From: Eledone cirrhosa
Taxonomy: Eukaryota
Reading direction: 5' to 3'
NCBI GenBank assembly: GCA_964016885.1
Contig: OZ024757.1
Location: forward strand, 12,214,001 to 12,278,000
DNA: 64,000 nucleotides
Below, piece after piece: positions 53,646 to 64,000 of the stretch. Each line of letters opens with the position of its first letter. The stretch's first letter is position 1. The position numbers and the translations under genes were made by a program. Below the pieces are notes generated by a model that saw only the letters and a program-made list of their open reading frames with translations, had not been told where the DNA came from and searched no databases.

Positions 53646-54741
53646 AGACAGTAAGAACAGACAGACAGAAAGACAAATAATTTTATATATAGAGAAATAA
53701 CGTCCATTACACCCTGCTATGTAAATAAGTGAAATAGGAAATAGTTATTTAAATAGGAGCACACCATATGTCAAGACCGGATGTCCTTATCTAAATAATT
53801 GAAACACACATTTCAAGGCTGGAATATAATACTTGAAATGAAAATATTCTCTCTAGGATAGGTTTGTGTGTGTGTTTGAGTGTATATAACTGTGTGTATG
53901 TATATATGTGTATGTGTTCAAGGCTATTGATGATTTTAGAGAGGGGAGAATTAGAGCTGAATTTTTATATATTCAAGAAAATGGTTTTCATAAGTAGATA
54001 GAGATGGAGAGAGGTATAGCTAGATAAATAGAGTGAGGGAGAGAGAATCAAAGAGAGAGTGACAGAAACAAGTGTATATATATAAAGTCTTCCAGTCATT
54101 AATGAAAAAATTTAAAACAAATGATGACCGCTCGAAGACAGAGAAATTATTGACTAAGATAAATACTTTTAAATAACTTTTAATTAATTTAAAATTACTA
54201 ACACAATAATTGTATGAAATTCTTAGTAAAATTTAGATATTTCAGTCGATAAATAAAACAATATCTTTGCCATGTCACCACAACACAATCTAATAGTGTA
54301 ATTAATCTCATATAGTGTTAATTACTTGAGTCAATATTAATATTATAAACATTTTAATTATTTTGAAAATACTAAAACATTTAATTTATGATAAAGTCAT
54401 CCAATATATATTGAAAATCTCTATACCTATAAATACCCTTTCATTTCCTGCTAATATTATACACTATACAGAAGGAAGTTAAGAAATAATAGATTTAAAA
54501 AGGGTGGAAATATCGATAAACTCGAAGTAGAACCCAGCGATACCCAGAGGAAAGATCAGTGGATAATATGCTGGTAATTAATAATTACAACTCTGTATAA
54601 ATATATTATACATTACATATATATTTTATATATATATATATATATATTATATGTATATATATATTATACATCGTCGAGGCTTCCAAAGTGACTATTTTTC
54701 TTATTCCACAATGCTTCAAGCAAACCTGAACACTCTGATAT

Positions 54742-55151
54742 TATTATCATCATTTTACGTCCGCTCTTCTCTGCTTGCAAGGGTGGGACGGGTCTTATTC
54801 AGCACAGCATCTCTCCACTTGTCACGGTCCTTCGTCATCTCCACAGTGAGCTTCAGCTATCTGAGGTCTGTTCTCACCACCTCCGCCCATGTTTTTCGTG
54901 GTCTACCTCTACCACGTCTTCCTTCAACTGGCATTTCCTGGCACTTCTTCACCCATCGGTCATCCTAGATGCGCATCACATGTACATACCACCTCAGTCT
55001 CCTCTCCCGTACACTACATTCTATCCCTCTCAGACACAGTTTCTCTCTCAACACATTCATGCTGGGTCGTTCGCACACGTTGACATTGCACATCCAACGG
55101 AGCCTGCTTGCCTCATTTCTCTCCAGCCGTCGCATATCCTCTGCAGTTGCA
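54742..55151 (-). mobile_element. 3' end of an RTE-clade LINE
   Basis: RRLERNEA..LRWMCNV..RRLRWY.HVMR..GRRGRGRPRKTW..DRDKWR, followed by a short GAT/AAT tail. Confidence 0.88.
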
Positions 55152-55159
55152 AATATATA

Positions 55160-55335
55160 TAGGAAAAGAGTCAGGTCTCCGACGGCTGAGCTCCAGCTGT
55201 TTTGACAGCTAGAGTTCTGATCTAGCTGTTGAAATGGCCGGAGTTCAGCTGTCGGGGACCTAACACTTTTCCTATTACCCACTGTACTACACTAAGTATT
55301 GAGTACTTTGGTGCGTTATAGTCCACCTGGTTACT
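55160..55335. mobile_element. Mini fold-back of a pLTR end, inverted inside the hammerhead
   Basis: 55160-55212 pairs with 55222-55275. The tail matches the 32440-32530 family end. Confidence 0.75.
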
Positions 55336-55363
55336 TACCACACTTCCTTCGTTATATATATAT

Positions 55364-55498
<135 letters not shown>

Positions 55499-55551
55499 AT
55501 ATATATATATTGTATATATATATATATTGTATATATTGTATATATATATAT

Positions 55552-55582
<31 letters not shown>

Positions 55583-55723
55583 TGTATATATATATATATA
55601 TATTGCATATATATATATATTGTATATATATATATTGCAGCATATATATATATATTGTATACATATATATATATAAATGTATATTTCATATATTTGTATA
55701 TATTGTATACATATATGTATAAA

Positions 55724-55792
<69 letters not shown>

Positions 55793-55795
<3 letters not shown>

Positions 55796-57292
55796 CAAGA
55801 TGTATGGTAGGTCGTACGTGAAGCGCGATGATCACGCCTGACCTACCAAATATGTGACGGTAGCTAGTTAAGCTCTATGCGTATAAGCAGAGCAGAAATA
55901 TTAATGAAAAAGAACAAAGGAACTATTATGACATTATAACAAGTTTATTGCCGACAGCCGTTTCGTCCGACCATATCGTGGGACTTTTCAAGGCATATAA
56001 CAGGTGATTGTAAGTTCATTATTTACATCAACGTTTCACTCAAGATTAGCAGTTTGAAATCGCGATATACATCAATAGCTCCGCTTGTATATTTGGGGTC
56101 TATATTCTAAGGGGGCTCTTTTATATTAGTTGTAGGAGTTGTAAAAGGGATGGGTTATAGGGAGTTAAGAGGATTTGAAAAGGACCTAAGATTGAAGGTT
56201 AAAAATTAAAGAATTTATAACTTACGCATTAAAAGTAAAAGACTTGGGATCTCGTAAAAGCACCTTAAAAAATCCCTCAATAAGCGCATAAAGCTTATAA
56301 TCCCCAATAAACCTAACAAACCAGAAGAGATTAAGAGAATAAAAAAATGAAATAATAAAAATATAAAGTTTCCTAAAAAATTCCTTCAAAAAAAAAAAAA
56401 TTTTTTTTTCTAAGAGATCTCGTTAAAAAATTTCATAAAATTTACGAAGATTTGATAATCCCTACTAAAGTTCTAAACTCAGAAATTAAAAATTAAAAAT
56501 TAAAAATTAGGGAAAAGAACTTTCAATAAGATTTAACAGGTTAATAAAGTTAATGATTTAGGTAGTCCATAATATAAAGATTAAGATTTAAGTTAGGATT
56601 AGAATTTTAAGAGTTCCAAACCCAGAAATTAAAAAAACTTAATGAATTTAAGATTAAGCAATCTTATATATCCAAGATTAAAAATTAATGATTAAGGGGT
56701 TGAACATCAAATTTAATCTTAAAAATTAAGAAATAAATAGTTGAAAGAAATTATTCATTAAAGGTTAATTCAAAAATCCTTCAAAAAATCCCTCAGAAAA
56801 GGTTCCTTTAATATTTTTAATAGGAACCTCTTCCGAAAGATCCTTCAAAGAATTAAAATTTTAGAGAGCCTTTAAAGATATATATAAATGAATTGAGGAA
56901 AATTACAAATTAAAAGTTTAAAATTACGGGATTTGGGAGATCCGAGGAATTTTCAAAGGGCTGCTTCAACAGATACAACTTAGGTATAATAGATAAAGTA
57001 ATTTAAGTAATTTAAGTAATCTAATTAAGGAGCAATTCAAAGAGCTTATCAGGTTGGGCAAGATTAAAGAAAATGATAAGTAAGAAAATATATAAGCAAA
57101 AAGACAATAATTATAAAATGTATTTTTAAGAAGGTGTAAAGTAGCTTCAGTAATCTAATAATGTATTATAAAAAAATTATTAATATAGGATTAACAAAGA
57201 CATAATAATATATTCCTGCCTAACAAACAATCAATAAACAATTAACAGTCAAGCAAAATTTACTCAGGGATATCTCACGCACGGGTACTTTT
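55793..57292 (-). mobile_element. 5'-truncated PLE 3' UTR, same family as 15508-19070
   Basis: Colinear with 15508-~16740 with indels. Same 3' terminus. Confidence 0.88.
55946..55999 (-). ncRNA. Type I hammerhead, U3:A8 variant
   Basis: Minus: TGCC TTGAAAA GTCC..GGAC GAAA CGGCTGTC GGCA. Confidence 0.85.
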
Positions 57293-57377
57293 GTATATAT
57301 ATATATATATTGTATATATATATATATATATTGTATATATATATATATATATATAAATATATTGTATATATATATAT

Positions 57378-57415
<38 letters not shown>

Positions 57416-57426
57416 ATATATATATA

Positions 57427-57511
<85 letters not shown>

Positions 57512-57688
57512 ATATATATATTGTATATATATATATATATATATATATTGTATATATATATATATAATTATACTGTGTATATATATATATATTGTATATA
57601 TATATATATATAATTATACTGTATATATATATATATATTGTATATATATATATATAATTATACTGTATATATATATATATATATATGT

Positions 57689-57760
<72 letters not shown>

Positions 57761-57801
57761 ATATATATATATATATATTGTATATATATATATATATATA
57801 T

Positions 57802-57839
<38 letters not shown>

Positions 57840-57868
57840 ATATATATATATTGTATATATATATATAT

Positions 57869-57910
<42 letters not shown>

Positions 57911-57913
<3 letters not shown>

Positions 57914-59654
57914 ATAATAATAAAATTGAAGACTAAAATCCAAAGAGGGCTCGATAGACCTAGAAGAAATAGATCCCGTCGCATTTGTTGGTTTAACCCA
58001 CCATATAATATGGAGGTGGCCACACCATTAGCTAAGATCTTTCTTTCTCTTATTACGAAGCATTTTCCCCCTACACATAAATATAGTAAACTTTTTAATA
58101 GAAATACTATTAAAATTTCTTACTCTACGACTCCTAACCTTGCACATAACATCACAGCTTCAAATTTAGCTAAACTACCTAGCCGTAGGAACACGTGCAA
58201 CCCTGTAGTTAGTACTAACTGTAATTGTAGGAATCGGACTGATTTCCCCCTATCCGGGAAATGCCTCTCTAGTAACATTGTCTACAAATGTAAGGTTGTA
58301 ACACCCACGTCCCGTAGGGCCTACGTAGGGTTAACTGCCAATAGTTTCAAGCAGCGTCTTTACATGCATACCCATTCTTTTCGTTACCCTCTAAGAAGGA
58401 ATATGACGTCACTTTCAGCTTATATCTGGAGTCTAAAAGACAACCACACCCAATATAAGTTACACTGGGAGATCCTAGCTAGGGCTAGATCGTATAACGG
58501 AAATAAAAGACCATGTGCCCTCTGCGCCGCTGAGGCCCTGGAAATACTCTACGCCACAGACCACATCTTAAACAAAAAATCCGAGGCAATTTCGGCTTGT
58601 AAACATAAATTGCACAAAACTTTCCTGTATTACGGCCCCACGATATACCCCAACGGATATCACGATCTATACGTGGATATTTTACGTCTTGATGCGGGAG
58701 CTAAGTATATGTTTTGTTTATTCCTTTACTTATTTGAATAGGTAAGTATATATGACCCGTATGTTTTGTGAAGGTATGTATACCTTCTCGTACGTATATT
58801 TGACTGTTATGGCGTATAATTTTTACATATTCTGGTATTTAGAGTTTGGCTATGTGTATACGGGAGTTTTGCGTCTGCGTGAGTATGCAGGTTCGTACTA
58901 TGGTGGGTGTGTGTATATGTGTACTTCTTGTTTTAGTTGACATACGTCTCCGAACATTCGTGTATTTATTTGTAGGTATGTGCGTGCGCTTGTTATATAC
59001 GTATTTATTTACTTATATACGTTTATATAATTATTTATTTATTTGTACACAAGCATACACACACACACATATATATATGTGCGTGGTTTCGTATACCTAT
59101 GGTAAGGTTTTGCGGATGCTTGTGTATGTACGTATCTGTTTGCGTGTATTTATTTATTTGTTTCTATTACTTCTGTATTGTATTTATTTACTTTGTTCTT
59201 AACTCTGTAGCGGAGATTCATTTGGTCTCCTAGTTTTTATTTTAGTCTACGACTTCTGCTATACCATTTACGTGGTTTTGTCTTTGCGTGCTATTGTTCT
59301 CCACGCTCCACATATGACTTATTATCTTCGTTTTTTCGTTCATTGCCAGAGAACGTCTCTATGCACCACCTAAGAGAACATTAGTCTACGACCTCTTTTA
59401 TACCATACACGTGGTTCTGTCTTTGCGCGTAATTGTTTTTCACCGCTCCTATTAATGACGTGTTATTCGTTTTTTCCCGTTCTTTGCCAGCGAACGTTTC
59501 CATGAACCAAAGTATTGTCTTCCTGTCTTCCTCCGGCTGCAACGTTTTTTTAAATATCCAGTTCTGCGTTTACAGATTGACTTTGTTAGTTTGAGAAGAT
59601 CCCGTTAAGGGTGAAAGCAGCGATTCTTTGCTTAAACTTTAATCTGTTATTTTA

Positions 59655-59660
<6 letters not shown>
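57911..59660 (+). mobile_element. 5'-truncated PLE: linker + GIY-YIG (to ~58741) and 3' UTR with a ~138 bp diverged duplication
   Basis: [42 protein letters not shown]. Confidence 0.9.
59588..59638 (+). ncRNA. Hammerhead-like motif, core GAGAAGA
   Basis: Paralogue of 45175-45225 with identical stems. Confidence 0.45.
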
Positions 59661-59691
<31 letters not shown>

Positions 59692-59701
59692 ATATATATA
59701 T

Positions 59702-59768
<67 letters not shown>

Positions 59769-59862
59769 ATATATATATATATATTGTATATATATATATA
59801 TATATTGTATATATATATATATTGTATATATATATATATATATATATATTGTATATATATAT

Positions 59863-59908
<46 letters not shown>

Positions 59909-60443
59909 ATATATATATATATATATATATTGTATATATATATATTGTATATATATATATATTGTATATATGTATATATATATATATATATATATTGTAT
60001 ATATATATATTGTATATATATATATATATATATATATTGTATATATATATATTGTATATATATATATATATATATATATTGTATATATATATATATATTA
60101 TATATATATACATATTATATATATTTTTTATATATAGTGGAGGACATGCCTGGCTGCCCAATGGCAATTGGGCCCCAGGGGGCCCACAGCAGCATTTCAG
60201 AAGGTCCCACTGTAGTATTTGAAGGGCCAATGATTTGCTTTCAAAAATATCTTTAACAACATGTCTAAGAGAAAGAAGAAACATTGTTTAAAAATAAATA
60301 AAGAAATAAGTAAAGCAATTGGTCAAACAATTCCCCAGGGAATTAATAGAAAGTAAAATATATGATAGTGCTAACAGAATCACTGGTTGTCTAGCTTACT
60401 GTATTAATTGCTGCATGTATACATACACAGACACACACACACA

Positions 60444-60530
<87 letters not shown>

Positions 60531-60593
60531 AAATATATATATATATATTATGAAAATAAACGAAAGAAGCCTTCAATACATCAAAAGTCTTTA

Positions 60594-60636
60594 TTAGCCA
60601 ACAATGTTTCGTCCTATTAAGGACTCATCAGGGCAA
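60594..60636 (-). ncRNA. Type I hammerhead (GUU site)
   Basis: Minus: TTGCC CTGATGA GTCCTTAATAGGAC GAAA CATTGTT GGCTAA. Confidence 0.85.
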
Positions 60637-61221
60637 GTAAAGCTATAAGAAGCACTATCGGCCAATACAAGTCAAAAACTCAGAAGAATATGGAGTATAC
60701 ATACATTAAAGAATAGGAAAATTATCGAGTAAAAATTATCAAGTAAAAATTGCTAAGGAAGTGAATAACATTTTGAACCATATTACAAATATAGTACAAT
60801 GTAAAAACTAAAGCTAAACACAAGTGGTGATATAAAGCGAGAATTATTGTACTATATATAATATAATATAATATAATATAATATAATATAATATAATATA
60901 ATATAATATAATATAATATAATTGATAATGGTAATAATAATAATATTAAAAGGTCCAAATATACACATATATATATATACATATGTACACATATATACAT
61001 ATATATCAATACACATTTCCATCAATACAAACACAAACTAACACTTATTAAGAGTTTAAATATAAATAAAAATAAAAATAAGAATAAATATAAGAATAAA
61101 AATAAAAATAAAAATAAAAATAAAAATAAAAATAAAAATAAAAATAAAAATATAATACATATATATTATTTACAGTATAAAATGATGAAGAAATGAGTAA
61201 AAGTAAACATATAATATATAA

Positions 61222-62232
61222 TCTATATATATAAAACTGTGGTTGTCTGTCTATCGATTTTTGGCACACATCTCCTCTTAGAATCTCTCACGGAATTGCA
61301 CCGAAATTGCTATACTTGTACATTGAGCCCTAGCGAAGACATCGGAAAAAAAAAAATTTCAAATTGACCCACCCTATGTGACGAAATCGAATATAATGTA
61401 TCGATTTTTGAGCGTAAGTTATCAGTTATTTCCCTTTGTTCTGTTTACATTGAGCGTCTTACGTAAAAAATTACAATACAGGAACAGTTGTCGAGCCAGC
61501 AAAATATTGACCTGGAAAATTGATCAGTTCGAACACTAAGCTTCCGTTTTGCTTCATTTCCATTTAAAAGCATTTTAAAACAATATTTTTACTTGAAAAC
61601 AAGTCTATTTAAAGACTACGTAAAACAAGCAAATATTTCGTCGTTGGGCGTGCAGACAGACAGTCGTGCAGACAGACAGTCGTGCAGACAGACAGTCGTG
61701 CAGACAGACAGTCGTGCAGACAGACAGTCGTGCAGACAGACAGTCGTGCAGAGAGGTGATATACGCGTGCAGACAGACAGTCGTGCAGAGAGGTGATATA
61801 GGCGTGCAGACAGACAGTCGTGCAGAGAGGTGATATAGGCGTGCAGGCAGACAGTCGTGCAGAGAGGTGATATAGGCGTGCAGACAGACAGTCGTGCAGA
61901 GAGGTGATATAGGCGTGCAGACAGACATAACTGATAATTTGGTTACGCTAATGTTTTTCTCTGCGTTGCAGTGTTTACATTTTCGATCTTTGTTAATAAA
62001 TAACCAGTGCAGTTTTTATCCCCAGCATCCTCTTTTGTTATAACATTCGGGTTATCGTTATGTTTTCTTAACTTCATAAGGCATATTGTTGGTTGAGGGA
62101 ATATTAATCAAAAACACCACATGCAAGTCTGCACAGTAGACACTACAGTTTTTAAGCCAAAAAAGAAACTTAACATTGTAACTTTAACACAGCTACTGAG
62201 CGACCCCGAGCAACGCCGGGCTTTACTGCTAG
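61222..62232 (+). mobile_element. Non-autonomous Helitron
   Basis: 5' TCTATATATATAAAA after an A. 3' hairpin CCCGAGCAACGCCGGG at 62205-62220, then CTAG followed by T. No TSD. Internal minisatellite. Confidence 0.82.
61649..61927. repeat. Compound minisatellite of 16-bp (GTGCAGACAGACAGTC) and 21-bp (GTGCAGAGAGGTGATATAGGC) units
   Basis: Read directly. Six 16-mers, then alternating 21/16. Confidence 0.92.
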
Positions 62233-62768
62233 TATACTATATAATTATATAATTAATAATCTCCGGTTAATTTGCACAAACTATAAATATTACAATAACA
62301 CTATAATAACAATATTATAAAATATTGGCATATAACTTAACAAATCATATAGAGTTACAGACAGGGTGAGAACAAATATCATACAGAACTAAATTGTGTT
62401 GAAAAGATTATGCTGGAAAAATATCTATACCGTTGCAAGAAAACAGATGGAGGTCAAGTTTTTATACAATTGGTGTAAATAAATATTATCTAAACATTAC
62501 AAAAATTATAAAAATATAAACATATTACAGAATTTACAAAATTTAACATAAGGGTACATCTAATAATCGGTAAATATTTAAGATCAATAGTACGTTTACA
62601 AAGAGTGATATGATATAACAACTTCAATATCAAATAATTATTCACTTCCTTAGCAATTTTTACTTGATAATTTTTACTCGATAATTTTCCTATATTTTAA
62701 TGTATGTATACTCCATATTCTTCTGAGCTTTTGGCTTGTATTGGCCGATAGTGCTTCTTATAGCTTTA

Positions 62769-62812
62769 CTTGCTCTGACGAGTCCTTAATAGGACGAAAC
62801 ATTGTTGGCTAA
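62769..62812 (+). ncRNA. Type I hammerhead (GUU site)
   Basis: TTGCT CTGACGA GTCCTTAATAGGAC GAAA CATTGTT GGCTAA. Confidence 0.85.
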
Positions 62813-62956
62813 TAAAGACTTTTGATGTATTGAAGGATTCTTTGGTTTATTTTCATAATTCTTCGGCTCTGTTTAATTACATTGAGCTATACCTTTACTG
62901 GCATTTCTATAATACGAAGAGGGTGTTTAACTCCAATACACTCTAGTATTTTAATT

Positions 62957-63019
<63 letters not shown>

Positions 63020-63151
63020 GTGAGGGTTTTTTTACAAATTGAAAAATAACCGAGGTGTCCTACACGAGTGAAAGCATAAAGAAAAAGAGATGAAATCGAA
63101 AATGAAACTGGAGTCTTATTTTTTTTTTTAAATATATATATTTATTTGATT

Positions 63152-63189
63152 CCTTTACCGGTTTCGCAGTTCTTCTGCTTTTCAAAAGG
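63152..63189 (-). ncRNA. Minimal type I hammerhead, U3:A8 variant
   Basis: Reverse complement of 63262-63299. Confidence 0.85.
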
Positions 63190-63261
63190 TGAGTTGAGAT
63201 GGAGGGTCTGTGGTTTTTCTCACAGATGTGAGAAAAACCACACACCCTCCATCTCAACTCA

Positions 63262-63299
63262 CCTTTTGAAAAGCAGAAGAACTGCGAAACCGGTAAAGG
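63262..63299 (+). ncRNA. Minimal type I hammerhead, U3:A8 variant
   Basis: CCTT TTGAAAA GCAG-AAGAA-CTGC GAAA CCGGTA AAGG. Palindromic ACCGGT, GUA site. Confidence 0.88.
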
Positions 63300-63367
63300 A
63301 ATCAAATAAATATATATATTTTTAAAAAAAAATAAGACTCCAGTTGCATTTTCGATTTCATCTCTTT

Positions 63368-63435
<68 letters not shown>

Positions 63436-64000
63436 TCACACTTACAGATACAGAGGAGCTGTTGGCCAAATAACTTTAGATATCAATGGGTTAAAGACAT
63501 ATGTAAAATCAATTAGAGGTCAGTTCTTCAGTCTAAAGTCCCTTGGAGAATGTCACCAAGTAATGTGTGTACAAGTTGAAAACATGTATTTATACATATC
63601 TATAAATCTCTATATATGTACATATACACACATACACCCACTCCCAGATATATATATTGAGTGAGTGTGAAAGACCAAAGGTCATTATTGAAAGTCTCTG
63701 GATGTGTATATTTCACAAGTTATTTTATATTTTTTATTGGAGAAGATAAGACCAGTCACTTGCACACTCTACTCTAAATAACAGTGTTGTACATTCACAA
63801 TTATTTAAAATTACAATCATAACATTCTGTATTAACATTTAGTATTACTGTATACTGCTAGTAATATGTACTATATATATACACTTTATTTAGTAAAAAA
63901 AACATTTTTCCTGCAAAAATTTGATTGCACTGTTTTGTTTTCACTTATGTATTTTTTGAAAATGTAATTTATTCATCATAAAAATTAAATGATAGCATTC

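Larger units (their letters stand above)
60548..62960. mobile_element. PLE 3'-UTR fold-back (relative of 3029-7677) interrupted by a Helitron
   Basis: 60548-60770 is inverted relative to 62640-62857. 62255-62285 resembles the reverse complement of 6888-6917. Tail to 62960. Confidence 0.8.
63013..63370. mobile_element. Short fold-back with two U3:A8 hammerheads
   Basis: Arms ~63081-63224 / 63227-63370. Left arm has a ~70 nt tail. Confidence 0.85.

Noticed and set aside
54519-54550. Degenerate minus-strand Helitron 3' end
   Set aside because: Hairpin and CTAG are both imperfect and no matching 5' end was found.
60136-60212. Tiny hAT-like MITE (TAGTGG..CCACTG)
   Set aside because: Terminal repeats are too short and no target-site duplication is visible.

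Overview
AT-rich eukaryotic (animal) repeat region with no confident host protein-coding gene. The composition resembles cephalopod (octopus-type) genomes, which is an inference. Much of the window is imperfect (TA)n microsatellite, and nearly all Y/I-repeat ORFs are artefacts of it. Islands within the (TA)n are mainly Penelope-like retroelements (PLEs: RT plus C-terminal GIY-YIG, Naiad-like) and their non-autonomous derivatives. There are also two CR1-group-like LINE families, RTE LINE fragments and a non-autonomous Helitron. Read by eye on both strands, the window holds about 30 type I hammerhead ribozyme (HHR) motifs from about 12 sequence families. Main observations: (1) a PLE-end copy at 21193-21503 with about 30 clustered A-to-G changes that destroy its hammerhead core, consistent with a retrotransposed ADAR-hyper-edited RNA; (2) two homologous retrozyme-like tandem arrays (one HHR per ~470-530 bp unit, conserved octamer dyad); (3) three unrelated families with the compensatory U3:A8 hammerhead core; (4) a recurring 'one long end, one short end' fold-back architecture in 11 insertions. 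All alignments and folds were done manually, so coordinates may be off by a few bases.
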